In this document: positions 29,008 through 39,260 of the stretch, one piece after another | Layout: each line of letters begins with the position of its first letter | Numbering within the stretch: position 1 is the first letter of the stretch | DNA from: Clostridia bacterium | GTDB taxonomy: Bacteria; Bacillota; Clostridia; UMGS1883; UMGS1540 | Length of the DNA: 64,000 bases | Assembly (NCBI GenBank): GCA_045533905.1 | Contig: JAZSIR010000022.1 | Coordinates: forward strand, 36,498 to 100,497 | Direction of reading: 5' to 3' | Notes under the pieces: generated by a model | Told to the model about the DNA's origin: nothing | The model's input: only the letters and a program-made list of their open reading frames with translations | The model's database searches: none | Program-made: the position numbers and the translations under genes

Positions 29008-29566
29008 CGTCGCAAGTCTCGCTTTATGGCCGTTTGCTGTCGCAAAGCGTCCCTTTTCGCTCGCTTGCTCCTTTTCCCCTTAACGCCCTCGGCCGTTCGG
29101 GGACCCCTATTGTACGCCGTCGGGTGGCCAAATGGGCCCCCGAAAAGCCTTGGCTTTTTGGGGAAGAGGAGAAGCGCGGGAGCAAAGCAGAGTTTCTGCC
29201 GACGAGGCGGAAACGAAGTGGCGCGCACGCGGCTTCGACGAGTTCTGCCTTTTCAAAGTCTGCACCCGCTTCCCAAAACAAAAGTAAAACGCACAAGCTA
29301 TCCTTCCGCACATTCCCTGACGGGCGCTTTTCGAAGCGTGCCGCCGATTCGAAGGAAGACGGCGCTCGTCGAGCGGCGGCGTGCCTGAGATAGTCGAGGA
29401 AGACTTTTCGAAGAAAAGGCTTGCCGAGCGGAAAGGCGGTAAAAGGCGGATGCCCTAAATGGGCCCCGAAAAGCCTTGGCTTTTTGGGGAAGAGGAGAAG
29501 CAAGGAAGCAAAGCGGAATATTTCGCCGATAAGGCGAAAATGGAGTGAGCGTACTTTGCTTCGACG
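29008..29566. repeat. Three copies of a structured repeat unit of about 100 bp (29008-29106 minus; 29134-29240 and 29461-29566 plus)
   Basis: GGGCCCCGAAAAGCCTTGGCTTTTTGGGGAAGAGGAGAAGC is near-identical in two copies; all copies end in GACG. Confidence 0.8.
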
Positions 29567-29681
29567 AGAGCGCGCCCTGCGGGGGTTGTAGGGGTGTAGC
29601 ATGACACCCCTACAAAAAGAAAACTTTATAAGAAACTTCCGTCTTTATTTCGTCTTCGCCCGTGTGTAAAAAGGCCAAATT

Positions 29682-29713
29682 AAAAGGGAAATGCCCGAAG
29701 GCATTTCCCTTTT
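29682..29713 (-). terminator. Intrinsic terminator (bidirectional) downstream of rny
   Basis: AAAAGGGAAATGCC-CGAA-GGCATTTCCCTTTT. Confidence 0.75.
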
Positions 29714-29795
29714 TGTCTTTTGTGTTTTTCGGTTTTTTCTTTTGTGTGAAATTGCAGGTTCCGTTTTGTCGGAGCCGTGCAATTATGCACTTTCC

Positions 29796-29929
29796 AAAAA
29801 ATTTCAAAAATCCGTGCAGAACGGGGAAATGGATGCGCGATAGCGCTTCCCCCGACGGCGTACATTGGTACGTCAAGTGGGTCCATTTCGCCGTAGCGAA
29901 TGCGGTCTGGGCGATTTTTGGAATTTTTT
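29796..29929. repeat. MITE-like palindromic element of about 135 bp abutting the rny stop codon
   Basis: 17-bp terminal inverted repeats with 1 mismatch; inner 12-bp inverted repeat; central CGTAC-ATTG-GTACG. Confidence 0.55.
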
Positions 29930-31493
29930 ACTTTGCGTAGTCGACTGCGCGCGTCTCCCGAATGACGTTTACTTTGATCTGACCGGGATACTGCATTTCT
30001 TCTTCAATGCGCTTTACAACATCGCGGGCCAAAATGATGGCATCGTCATCGTTAATCGCGTCAGGCTTTACCATAATGCGGATTTCACGGCCGGCCTGGA
30101 TGGCGTAGGACTTGTCAACCCCCTTGAAGGAGTCGGCAATTTCTTCGAGCTTTTCAAGACGCTTTATGTACGTTTCGATATTCTCGCGCCGTGCGCCGGG
30201 GCGTGCTGCGGAAATCGCGTCTGCCGCCTGTACGATAGAAGCAATCAGTGTTGTAGCCTCCACATCGCCATGGTGGGCATGGATGGCGTGGATGATTTCC
30301 TGGCTTTCCTTGTACTTCTTTGCAAGGTCCACACCGATGGTGACGTGTGTGCCTTCTGTCTCATGGTCGACAGCTTTGCCAAGGTCGTGCAAAAGACCTG
30401 CGCGCTTTGCCGTCATCACATCGGCACCGAGCTCGCCGGCAAGCAGCCCCGATAAATGGGCCACTTCGATAGCGTGCTTTAACACGTTCTGCCCGTAGCT
30501 TGTACGGAAATGCAGTTTACCGAGGAGCTTAATAAGCTCGGGATGCAGACCGTGTACACCGGTTTCGAAGGTCGCCTGTTCACCTTCCTGTTTAATTGTA
30601 GCTTCGACTTCTTTCTTCGCGCGTTCTACCATTTCTTCGATGCGAGCGGGGTGAATACGGCCGTCCACAATCAGCTTTTCAAGCGATACACGTGCGATTT
30701 CTCTTCTTATAGGGTCAAAGCCGGAAAGGATAACGGCCTCCGGCGTATCGTCGATAATCAAATCTATACCCGTTAAGGTTTCGAGGGTACGAATGTTTCT
30801 ACCTTCGCGCCCGATTATACGTCCCTTCATGTCCTCACTGGGTAGCGGGACCACCGATACGGTTGTTTCTGCCACATGGTCTGCTGCGCATTTCTGGATG
30901 GCAAGGCCCAGAATGTTCTTTGCGTTCTTCTCCGCCTGTTCTTTTGCTTCGGTCTCGATGTCTTTAATCATCATGGCCGTTTCGTGGCGGACTTCACTTT
31001 CAATGTTCTTGAGGAGATATTCCTTGGCTTCTTCAGCTGTAAGTCCGGAAATTTTCTCCAAGAGTTCAATCTGCGTCTGTTTGAGTTTCTTAAGTTCTTC
31101 TCTTTCTGTGTCCAGCTCGCGGTTTCTCTTTGCAAGCTGTTCCTCTTTCTGCTCGAGAGCGTCCGTTTTCTTATCCAGCGTTTCTTCCTTCTGCTGAATA
31201 CGGCGTTCCTGGCGCGTGATTTCATTTCTGCGCTCGCGCACTTCTTTTTCATACTCTACGCGGTTTTTGTGGATTTCTTCCTTCGCTTCCACAAGAGCTT
31301 CACGCTTTTTGCCTTCTGCGGCTTTCTGCGCGTCGGCCACTATGCGCTTGGCTTTTTCTTCGGCGCTTCCGATTTCCGCTTCTGCGATGCGCTTCCGGTA
31401 TGAAATACCAAAGCGAAATGCAATCAGTGCCGCCAAAATGGCCAGAACAAGACCGCCACTGAGCCCCAAGAGGATTCCTGTTGTGCCTGTCAT
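29928..31493 (-). CDS. rny: Ribonuclease Y
   Basis: N-terminal TM segment, coiled coil, KH motif [15 protein letters not shown] motif LLHDLGK. Confidence 0.96.
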   Translation of the reverse strand: MTGTTGILLGLSGGLVLAILAALIAFRFGISYRKRIAEAEIGSAEEKAKRIVADAQKAAEGKKREALVEAKEEIHKNRVEYEKEVRERRNEITRQERRIQQKEETLDKKTDALEQKEEQLAKRNRELDTEREELKKLKQTQIELLEKISGLTAEEAKEYLLKNIESEVRHETAMMIKDIETEAKEQAEKNAKNILGLAIQKCAADHVAETTVSVVPLPSEDMKGRIIGREGRNIRTLETLTGIDLIIDDTPEAVILSGFDPIRREIARVSLEKLIVDGRIHPARIEEMVERAKKEVEATIKQEGEQATFETGVHGLHPELIKLLGKLHFRTSYGQNVLKHAIEVAHLSGLLAGELGADVMTAKRAGLLHDLGKAVDHETEGTHVTIGVDLAKKYKESQEIIHAIHAHHGDVEATTLIASIVQAADAISAARPGARRENIETYIKRLEKLEEIADSFKGVDKSYAIQAGREIRIMVKPDAINDDDAIILARDVVKRIEEEMQYPGQIKVNVIRETRAVDYAK

Positions 31494-31549
31494 ATAGCTA
31501 CCACCTCCTTAATTTTTTGTTTTCGGAAAAACAATTTTTTCCTTTTTAT

Positions 31550-31578
31550 ATTGTAAAGCTTTTTCTGCCGCTTGTCAA
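31550..31578 (-). promoter_or_regulatory. Sigma-A promoter of rny
   Basis: TTGACA-17 bp-TACAAT. Confidence 0.7.
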
Positions 31579-31627
31579 GTCCTTTCGGAAAAATGCACCC
31601 ACCGCGCGGCAGAAAGCACCCTACGCT

Positions 31628-32071
31628 TTATTCCCCGTCCGGGCCGTTTTTGTCGAGTGTGCCGAGGGCACCCTCGTACTTCCGAAGGGCGGCCGCAGCG
31701 GAAAGGCGAAGCGTATGGATATCGGCCTCGACGGCAAGGCGACGGGCCTCTGTTTCCGTAAGCTCACGCTCTTTTTCGAGAAGAAGCTCGTCGGCTTTGC
31801 TCTTTGCTTCTTCCAAAATGGCGTCCGCTTCCTTCTGTGCGGCGATGACGGCGCGCGAAACAGAATCGCGCTCGGCTTCAAACGCCGTGATTTTTTCAAA
31901 CAGCTTTGCATTTTCGGAAAGCGCGGCTTCCGTTTCGGCGCGTGCCGAAAGGAACGATTCGCGCGCCTCGCGCAGCTGTGCCTCGTACTTTTTCGTGAGC
32001 GCTTCTATATATGCGGTAACATCCTTCCGCTTGTAGCCGCCCATGGTTTTTCGAAGTTGTAATTCTTCCAT
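31628..32071 (-). CDS. DivIVA-like coiled-coil protein
   Basis: GGYKRKDV..YI N-terminal motif; A.I.AQK.AD.I..EA...A repeat. Confidence 0.7.
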   Translation of the reverse strand: MEELQLRKTMGGYKRKDVTAYIEALTKKYEAQLREARESFLSARAETEAALSENAKLFEKITAFEAERDSVSRAVIAAQKEADAILEEAKSKADELLLEKERELTETEARRLAVEADIHTLRLSAAAALRKYEGALGTLDKNGPDGE

Positions 32072-32079
32072 ACTTCCTC

Positions 32080-33531
32080 CTATTCTGCTCGAAGGAGCTT
32101 AATACCTTCGCGGATTCTCGCAAGACTTTCCTCGCGGCCCAAGATTGCCGCAAGCTCAATGCCGCCGCCGGGTGTGAAGGCTTTGCCGGAAAGAGCGGTG
32201 CGAAGCGGCCAGAGGATGATGCCGTTTTTCACTTCCATCTTCTGGGCAAGGCCTAAAAGCGCTTCGTGAAGAGCATCCTTTGTCCAAGTCTCCATCCCTT
32301 CCAAAAGCGGCAGGATGGCTTCAAGCGAGGTGAGGGAATTTTCCGTGTCCGTCTTCATCTTCTTATGGCAATAGAGCTCTTTGTCATACGCAGGGAGAGC
32401 GTCGATAAAGTCAATCTGTTCTTCGATATCGGAAAGCTTTTCCGTGCGCTGCTGGAGTACGCTGCTGAGCATTTTAAGGTCTACATCCCTGTGGATGCAC
32501 TTTTCGTAGTACGGCTTCGCCTTTTCGTGGAATTCTTCGGGGGAAAGGGCGCGGATATATTCGCCGTTGAGCCAGCGAAGCTTTGCCTCGTCAAAAATGG
32601 CGGGGGATTTGCTGATGCCCTTTACATCGAAAAGCTCTATCATATCCGAAAGGCTCATAACCTCGCGCTCGTCGCCGGGGCTCCAGCCGAGGAGAGCAAT
32701 ATAGTTTAAGACTGCATCTTTGAGATACCCTTTATCGATAAAGTCGGCATAGGAAGCATCCCCTTCGCGTTTTGAAAGCTTTTTGTGCGCATCCTTCATA
32801 ATGGCGCTGCAGTGGATATACTGGGGAATTTCCCAGCCGAAGGCTTCATAAAGAAGATTGTACTTCGGCGTGGAGGAAAGGTATTCGCTGCCGCGGACAA
32901 CGTGGGTAATGCCCATGAGATGGTCGTCAATTACATTGGCGAAGTTATAGGTAGGCATACCGTCGCTCTTTAAGAGGATGGCATCGTCAAGCGTTTCGTT
33001 CGGGGCGGTGATGGTACCAAATACCGCATCGTCAAACGAAGTGGAGCCTTCCTTCGGGATTTTCTGGCGGATAACATACGGCTCACCTGCCGCAATTCTG
33101 GCCTCGACCTCTTCTTTCGAAAGAGATGCACAGCGTCCGTCATACTTCGAAGGAATTTTGAGCGCTTCCTGTTTGGTGCGAAGCTCGTCAAGCCGTTCCT
33201 TTGTGCAGAAGCAGTAGTACGCGCCACCGCGCTCTACAAGCTCTTCGGCATATTTTTTATAAATGCCCATGCGTTCGCTCTGTACATAGGGGCCGAATTC
33301 GCCGCCCACATCGGGGCCTTCATCGTGCACAAGGCCTGTTTCGGCGAGCGTGTGATAAATAAGGTCTACCGCGCCGTCTACATAGCGTTCGCGGTCGGTA
33401 TCCTCAATACGCAAAATGAAGTCGCCGCCCTCGTGCTTTGCAAGAAGGTAGGCGTAAAGTGCCGTACGAAGGTTACCGATATGCATGTACCCCGTAGGAC
33501 TGGGTGCAAAACGTGTTCTTACTTTTGTCAT
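32080..33531 (-). CDS. gltX: Glutamate--tRNA ligase
   Basis: [28 protein letters not shown]. Confidence 0.96.
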   Translation of the reverse strand: MTKVRTRFAPSPTGYMHIGNLRTALYAYLLAKHEGGDFILRIEDTDRERYVDGAVDLIYHTLAETGLVHDEGPDVGGEFGPYVQSERMGIYKKYAEELVERGGAYYCFCTKERLDELRTKQEALKIPSKYDGRCASLSKEEVEARIAAGEPYVIRQKIPKEGSTSFDDAVFGTITAPNETLDDAILLKSDGMPTYNFANVIDDHLMGITHVVRGSEYLSSTPKYNLLYEAFGWEIPQYIHCSAIMKDAHKKLSKREGDASYADFIDKGYLKDAVLNYIALLGWSPGDEREVMSLSDMIELFDVKGISKSPAIFDEAKLRWLNGEYIRALSPEEFHEKAKPYYEKCIHRDVDLKMLSSVLQQRTEKLSDIEEQIDFIDALPAYDKELYCHKKMKTDTENSLTSLEAILPLLEGMETWTKDALHEALLGLAQKMEVKNGIILWPLRTALSGKAFTPGGGIELAAILGREESLARIREGIKLLRAE

Positions 33532-33544
33532 CTTTGGTTCTCCT

Positions 33545-34000
33545 TTATTTCTCCGTCAGAAGCTTTCGAAGCTCCTGCATAAATGTATTGATATCCTTAA
33601 ACTGTCTGTATACGGAGGCAAACCGAACATAGGCTACCTCGTCAATCCCCTTAAGCTGTTCCATAACAAGGTCGCCGATGCGGGTGGAGGTGATTTCACG
33701 GTCGAGCGAATTTTGAATGATGTTCTCGATGGTGGAAACCATATTCTCCATGATTTCAACGGAAACAGGGCGTTTTTCGCAGGCCTTTACGATGCCGCGC
33801 ATGAGCTTTTCGCGGTCAAACGGCTCTCTGCCCTTATCCTTTTTGATAACCATAATCGGCACGCCTTCAATTTTTTCATATGTGGTAAAGCGGCGCTTAC
33901 ACGCCATGCACTCACGGCGACGGCGAATGGATGCGCCTTCTTCCGTGGGGCGGGAGTCTAACACCTTGCTGTCCTGGGTATCGCAGTAGGGACATTTCAT
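33545..34000 (-). CDS. nrdR: Transcriptional repressor NrdR
   Basis: [26 protein letters not shown] cone, [10 protein letters not shown]. Confidence 0.96.
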   Translation of the reverse strand: MKCPYCDTQDSKVLDSRPTEEGASIRRRRECMACKRRFTTYEKIEGVPIMVIKKDKGREPFDREKLMRGIVKACEKRPVSVEIMENMVSTIENIIQNSLDREITSTRIGDLVMEQLKGIDEVAYVRFASVYRQFKDINTFMQELRKLLTEK

Positions 34001-34027
34001 ATTCTGACTCTTCCTTTCTTTGCCTTT

Positions 34028-34462
34028 TTATTCTTCTTCGGGTCTGTGAATCTTAAAAACGCGGGCGGTGTGATGCTTTTCTAAAAATGCGGCATCGAGC
34101 CATGCATCCACGCAATCTATCGCGAGATTTTCACCCGTCGTGCGCCCGCCGAGGCATAAGATGTTCGCGTTATTATGTTCTTTCGCAAGTTTTGCGGAAA
34201 ACGGCTCTGAGACGAGGGCGGCGCGTATGCCGCGGTATTTATTGGCGGCAATGGAAATGCCGATGCCCGTGCCGCAGCAAAGAATGCCGCATTCTGCTTC
34301 TCCGCTTTGTATTTTTTCGCACGCGGCGCGCGCAATATCGGGATAGTCGCACGTCTCTCCCTCGCAGCCGACGTCTAAAACGCGGATGCCGCGCTTTGCA
34401 AGATGTTCTTTTAAGGCTTCTTTGAGTGTGTATCCACCGTGGTCACTACCAATTACAAGCAT
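34028..34462 (-). CDS. rpiB: Ribose-5-phosphate isomerase B
   Basis: GSDHGG, DYPD, CGTGIG, AKEHNNAN; ATG at 34462. Confidence 0.93.
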   Translation of the reverse strand: MLVIGSDHGGYTLKEALKEHLAKRGIRVLDVGCEGETCDYPDIARAACEKIQSGEAECGILCCGTGIGISIAANKYRGIRAALVSEPFSAKLAKEHNNANILCLGGRTTGENLAIDCVDAWLDAAFLEKHHTARVFKIHRPEEE

Positions 34463-35145
34463 ACTTTCTCTCCTTGTCTTTCCTGATATTCCCGCTCCGC
34501 TTGCGATAAGCGAAGGTAAATAGGCTCTGCCTCGTGGGGCGAAACGAGCGGTAAATCCTTCGCCGCCATCGCCACGGCTGCGGCTCTGTGATAGAGAAGA
34601 TGGGAAGGCGCTATCTGCGCGCGCGCACCCATCACTTCCAAAATTTTCTCGCGGTGTACACTCGCGCCGTCCCCTACGAAGATAGCCGTATCGAGAGAGG
34701 GCAAAAGCGCATCTACCGCCATGGCGCACATCGGTTTTGCTTCTGTGAGTACGCCGCCGCGGCTTTCATATACCGCCGTATACACCTCGCCGCGCCTTGC
34801 ATCCATCATCGGGACGATTATTCCCTCGAAGGTGGAAACGTTTTCAGCAAGTGCAAGGAGCGTGGGTACAAGTATCATCGGTTTTCCGGCGCCGAGCGCG
34901 AGGCCCTTCGCCGTACCCATACCGATGCGGACGCCCGTAAACGAGCCGGGACCGGCACTGACTGCAATCGCGTCCATCTCTTCTATTTTTTTGCCTGCGG
35001 ACGAGAGCGCCTTATCGATAAGCGGCAAAAGCGTCTGCGAATGTGTAAGGCCGCAGTTTACAAATTCTTCACTTAAAAGTTTTTCGCCCGAAAGGACGGC
35101 GGCGCCTGCGGAAAGCGCGGCGCTTTCAATTGCCAAAATCTGCAT
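34453..35145 (-). CDS. tsaB: tRNA t6A biosynthesis protein TsaB
   Basis: ILAIES, HSQTLLP, GPGSFTGVRIG, DARRGEVY, P.YLR. Confidence 0.93.
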   Translation of the reverse strand: MQILAIESAALSAGAAVLSGEKLLSEEFVNCGLTHSQTLLPLIDKALSSAGKKIEEMDAIAVSAGPGSFTGVRIGMGTAKGLALGAGKPMILVPTLLALAENVSTFEGIIVPMMDARRGEVYTAVYESRGGVLTEAKPMCAMAVDALLPSLDTAIFVGDGASVHREKILEVMGARAQIAPSHLLYHRAAAVAMAAKDLPLVSPHEAEPIYLRLSQAEREYQERQGEKVCL

Positions 35146-35161
35146 CTTTTTGCCCCTTTTG

Positions 35162-36937
35162 TTATTCTTCGTCAGGCTCGCTCGCACCGTAAATCGGAAG
35201 TACGACCCGAACGGTGGTGCCCCTTCCTGCACTACTCGTAATCTGAATGCGGCCGCCGTGCGCCTCTACAATTTCGCGCGCGATGGCAAGGCCGAGACCT
35301 GTGCCGCCCATTTTGCGGCTTCGCGCTTTATCCACGCGGTAAAAGCGCTCGAAAATGCGGGGAAGGTCGGCCTCGGGAATCCCGATGCCCGTATCCTTTA
35401 CCGTGATGACGGCTTCCGTAAGCCGTGCCTCACACTCCACCTGCACCTTGCCGTGCACGGGTGTGTATTTGATCGCGTTTGATACAATATTGACAAGCAC
35501 CTGCTCAATTCTGTCCTTATCGCCGTTAACATCGGGAAGGCGCGGTGCGCGGTTTTCAAACGTAAGCGTCTGCTCGCGCTTTTGTGCCTCAAGCGCAAGG
35601 CGCGAGACTACGCCCTCCGCAAGATGCGGGAGAGAGAACGGCTCTTTGTGGAGCGCGCGGCCGTAGTCGAGCTGCGAGAGAAGGAGAAGGTCGCGCACAA
35701 GGCGCGTCATCCTGTCTGCCTCGCCGCAGATAACCGTGAGGAAGTTTTTCTCCATACTGCCTTCCTCTGCGGCATCAAGGAGCGTTTCGCCATAGCTTTT
35801 TACATTGGTAAGCGGCGTTCTGAGCTCGTGCGAAACATTCGCCACGAATTCTCTTCGCGATTCGTCAAGCCGCTGCTGCTCGGTAATATCCTGCAGCACC
35901 ACCACGATGCCGCTTGCGGGTCCTTTTTCAGGAAGTAGCTTTGCAAAGTAGGCGCGGATATGAGCGCCACCCACCGTGATGGTTTTTTCCACGGCCTTAT
36001 CCGTTTCGAGATACAAAAGGGCGTTCATCGTAAGAGAGGTGCCGAGCCGCGCAAAGAGCGCATCGAAGGGCTCGCCGTCATCTCCGAGGGAGAGCATCCT
36101 CTGTGCCGCGGGATTGATATGGAGAACCTCGCCCTCACGGTCAAACGCCATAACGCCGTCGGCCATGAAGGCAAGAATCGTTTCCACCTTGTTTTTTTCG
36201 TTTGCGATATCAAAAAGTGTGGCCTGCAGCTCCGCCGCCATTGTATTGAAGGAGACGGTAAGCTCGCCGATTTCATCGTCGTGCCGCACTTCGATTTTAC
36301 TGTCGAAATCCCCTGCCGCAATCTTTTCGGCACGTTTTTTGAGGGTGGCAATCGGCGCCGTAATCGTGCGCGAGAGAATGAGGCCGAGGAAAAATGCGAG
36401 GGCAAAGCCGAGTACGAGGGCATAGAGAATAATCTTGAAAATACTCTCCATAATGCCGTAGAGCTCTTCCTTACTGTCGCTCACATACACAATGTGGTGC
36501 ACCTGTCCGCTTTCCGAAATGGGGTAGGCATAGTCCATCGTCTCGGCGCGGCGGTCCACATCGCCGCCCACCTTCCCCGAAAGCGCGGTGAGAATGTTCT
36601 GCGAAGCGGTAACAGCGGCAGCACCGTCTGTCGCATACAGAACGCCGGCGTCACGTCCCGAAAGAATATAAAAATTCCGGTACGAGTCCACGCCGATACG
36701 GCCCGAATAGTTTTCGAGCACCGTGCGAAGCGCTTCTACCGCATTTTCGGCACGCGAAGCCGCCGAAAGCTGGGTGGAAAGCTCCTTCGTAAACACCGTT
36801 TCCTCCATCTGGGTGCGAAATTCGGTGTGATAATAATCGCTGATATTGCTTAAAAGGAATGTGCCGACGGCAAGCATAACGGAAACAACTAAAACGAGAA
36901 AGACCGCGAGCACCTTCCACTGAATACTCTTAAACAT
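35162..36937 (-). CDS. walK: WalK-like sensor kinase (TM-extracellular-TM-HAMP-PAS-HisKA-HATPase)
   Basis: HAMP DEIGEL, PAS M.DGV...D..G, REFVANVSHELRTPLT, FYRVDKARSR..GGTGLGL. Confidence 0.75.
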   Translation of the reverse strand: MFKSIQWKVLAVFLVLVVSVMLAVGTFLLSNISDYYHTEFRTQMEETVFTKELSTQLSAASRAENAVEALRTVLENYSGRIGVDSYRNFYILSGRDAGVLYATDGAAAVTASQNILTALSGKVGGDVDRRAETMDYAYPISESGQVHHIVYVSDSKEELYGIMESIFKIILYALVLGFALAFFLGLILSRTITAPIATLKKRAEKIAAGDFDSKIEVRHDDEIGELTVSFNTMAAELQATLFDIANEKNKVETILAFMADGVMAFDREGEVLHINPAAQRMLSLGDDGEPFDALFARLGTSLTMNALLYLETDKAVEKTITVGGAHIRAYFAKLLPEKGPASGIVVVLQDITEQQRLDESRREFVANVSHELRTPLTNVKSYGETLLDAAEEGSMEKNFLTVICGEADRMTRLVRDLLLLSQLDYGRALHKEPFSLPHLAEGVVSRLALEAQKREQTLTFENRAPRLPDVNGDKDRIEQVLVNIVSNAIKYTPVHGKVQVECEARLTEAVITVKDTGIGIPEADLPRIFERFYRVDKARSRKMGGTGLGLAIAREIVEAHGGRIQITSSAGRGTTVRVVLPIYGASEPDEE

Positions 36938-37623
36938 CAGTTCGCCTTCAGATAGTAGCCTACCCCGCGCTTGGTAACGATGTAACGCGGCTCAGCAGGA
37001 TTTTCTTCAATCTTCTCGCGAAGGCGGCGAATCGTAACGTCCACTGTTCGCACCTCGCCGAAATATTCATAGCCCCAGACCTGTTCGAGAAGATTCTCTC
37101 TTGTGAAAATGCGGCCCGGCTGGCTTGCGAGGAATTTGAGAAGCTCAAATTCGCGGAGGGTAAGGTCTACCTCCTGCCCGTCCTTCGTGACCTCATACCG
37201 GTCGCACAAAATGCAGTATTCGCCGAAGCGGATGACTTCGCCACTCTTTTCCTCATCGCCTGTGGTGCGGCGAAGATGTGCCTTGACGCGTGCCATAAGC
37301 TCACGAACGCCAAACGGCTTTGTGATATAATCGTCCGCGCCCATTTCAAGGCCTAAAACCTTATCGAGCTCTTCGTCCCTTGCCGTGAGCATCAGAATCG
37401 GCACGCGGCTCTTCTCGCGGACGCGACGGCAAACGTCAAACCCGTCCATCCCCGGAAGCATAACATCGAGGAGAATAAGGTCGGGCGCCTTGGAGAGCGC
37501 AAGCTCGAGGCCTGCCTCGCCGTCGAGCGCATAGATGACCTTATAATTTTCACGTTCCAGATTGAATTTTAAAATATCCACAATCTGTTTTTCGTCTTCA
37601 ATTATCAAAATCAACTTTTGCAT
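36937..37623 (-). CDS. walR: WalR/YycF-like response regulator
   Basis: DKVLGLE.GADDY.TKPF, LT.REFELL, VWGYEYFG.VRTVDVT.RRLREKIE, TKRGVGY. Confidence 0.75.
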   Translation of the reverse strand: MQKLILIIEDEKQIVDILKFNLERENYKVIYALDGEAGLELALSKAPDLILLDVMLPGMDGFDVCRRVREKSRVPILMLTARDEELDKVLGLEMGADDYITKPFGVRELMARVKAHLRRTTGDEEKSGEVIRFGEYCILCDRYEVTKDGQEVDLTLREFELLKFLASQPGRIFTRENLLEQVWGYEYFGEVRTVDVTIRRLREKIEENPAEPRYIVTKRGVGYYLKAN

Positions 37624-37657
37624 GCCGTCACCTCGCCTAACTTTTCTTTTTCCTATT

Positions 37658-37686
37658 ATTATACATCACTTTCCCCCTATTGTCAA
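37658..37686 (-). promoter_or_regulatory. Consensus sigma-A promoter of the walR-walK-tsaB-rpiB-nrdR-gltX run
   Basis: TTGACA-17 bp-TATAAT on the minus strand. Confidence 0.8.
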
Positions 37687-37712
37687 GATTTTGTGGCATC
37701 TTATATTTTCAC

Positions 37713-37741
37713 TTGACTTTATCTCCTAAACATGGTATACT
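37713..37741 (+). promoter_or_regulatory. Sigma-A promoter of uxaE
   Basis: TTGACT-17 bp-TATACT with TG extended -10. Confidence 0.75.
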
Positions 37742-37781
37742 TTCCCTAACTGAAAACTTTTCGAAAAGGAGATGCTCGAGA

Positions 37782-39203
37782 GTGAAAATTTTTGAAAAAT
37801 CCATACATGAGGTACAGGGCGTTCGCGTTTACATGGCCGAAGAAGCGGGTGTGACCTCCATTTACGCAGAGGGCGACCTTGGCTTTGCTGCCGAAAAGAA
37901 GGAAATTGACGGCAAGACCGTATACGTTGCCGCCAAAACCTATGAAAATGCAGATGTTCTTCGCCGTCTCTTCCCGTTCACGGCACCTTGCCGCGTGCTT
38001 GGGAAAGAACGCAGCTTCGGCGTTGGCGACCGTCTCGGTATTGCCACCCCGGGCCACATTGCCGTATTTGAAAAATATGATGCTTACCCGGTTCTCGCAC
38101 AGCAGTCCATGCGCGAGCTTACGCTTACCGACCGCACATATGAGGACGTTCTTGACTGTGCCACCTTCACCGTTTTCCGTGAAGACTTTACGAAGGGCTT
38201 TGGCGCGGACGGCGACCATTTAAAGCGTGCAGAGGACGTGCGCTACGCACTCGACCTCGGCTACACGATGATTACGCTTGACTGCTCCGACCATATTGAT
38301 AACAACGCTGCTTCGCTTTCTGATGCAGAAGTGGCCGCAGCCTACGTGAAAAATGCAGAAATCGAAAACGAATACCTCGGCAAGACGATTGACATCGGCG
38401 AAGGCATTTCGATCACCTTCACCGAAGAAGAGCTTCGCCGCATCGTTTTAATCTACGGCAAAGCCATTGATTTTGCCGTTTCCATCTACGAAGAATTCTT
38501 TAAGGGCGGCAAGTACAATTCCGACTTTGAAATCTCGATTGACGAAACGCTCACACCGACAACGCCTCTGCAGCACTTCTTTGTAGCAAATGAGCTTCTC
38601 CGCCGCGGCGTTCGTTTTGAAACGATGGCTCCGCGTTTCTGCGGCGAATTCCAAAAGGGTGTTGACTACATTGGCGATCTCGCCCAGTTTACGGAAGAAA
38701 TGACCATACACAGCCAGCTCGCCCGCCACTTCGGCTACAAGCTCAGTATCCACTCGGGTTCTGACAAGTTCTCCACCTTCCCGATTATCGGCGAAAAGAA
38801 CCGCGGCATCTTCCATGTAAAGACTGCAGGCACAAACTGGCTCGAGGCTATGCGCGTTGTTGCAATGGTGGACCCCGCCCTTTACCGCGAAGTACATGCC
38901 TATGCACTCGAAGCTTTCGATGAAGCTACGAAGTACTACCACGTAACGACCGACCTTACAAAGGTTGCACCGCTTTCTGAAGTTTCGGATGCGGATTTAC
39001 CGAAATACTTTGACGAGAACGACCCCCGTCAGCTCATCCACATTACCTACGGTCTCATTTTAAGCCGCAAGAATGCGGACGGGAGCTTTGTCTTCCGCGA
39101 CAGACTCTATAAGCTCTGGAGCGAATACGAAGCTGTATATACCGAGAGACTCGTTTCGCACATTGGACGCCACCTTGACCTCTTAGGTGTTGCAAGTAAG
39201 TAA
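37782..39203 (+). CDS. uxaE: Tagaturonate/fructuronate epimerase
   Basis: SFG.GDRLG.ATPGH, AQQS.RE, GADGDHLK, FEISIDET, FQKG.DY.GD, SIHSGSDKF, HVKTAGTNWLE. Confidence 0.92.
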   Translation: MKIFEKSIHEVQGVRVYMAEEAGVTSIYAEGDLGFAAEKKEIDGKTVYVAAKTYENADVLRRLFPFTAPCRVLGKERSFGVGDRLGIATPGHIAVFEKYDAYPVLAQQSMRELTLTDRTYEDVLDCATFTVFREDFTKGFGADGDHLKRAEDVRYALDLGYTMITLDCSDHIDNNAASLSDAEVAAAYVKNAEIENEYLGKTIDIGEGISITFTEEELRRIVLIYGKAIDFAVSIYEEFFKGGKYNSDFEISIDETLTPTTPLQHFFVANELLRRGVRFETMAPRFCGEFQKGVDYIGDLAQFTEEMTIHSQLARHFGYKLSIHSGSDKFSTFPIIGEKNRGIFHVKTAGTNWLEAMRVVAMVDPALYREVHAYALEAFDEATKYYHVTTDLTKVAPLSEVSDADLPKYFDENDPRQLIHITYGLILSRKNADGSFVFRDRLYKLWSEYEAVYTERLVSHIGRHLDLLGVASK

Positions 39204-39215
39204 GAAACTCTAAAG

Positions 39216-39242
39216 AAGGGGGCGCTTTCCGCGTCCCCTTTT
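39216..39242 (+). terminator. Intrinsic terminator after uxaE
   Basis: AAGGGGGCGC...GCGTCCCCTTTT. Confidence 0.6.
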
Positions 39243-39260
39243 GTAAAATGGAGGAAGTTT

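Noticed and set aside
29008-29615. Possible CRISPR array
   Set aside because: Repeats are about 100 bp, irregularly spaced and in both orientations, with no unique equal-length spacers and no cas genes.
28650-29940. Several 68-192 aa ORFs in the intergenic repeat region
   Set aside because: They are translations of GC-rich repeats with no RBS or protein-like motifs, and none resembles a transposase.
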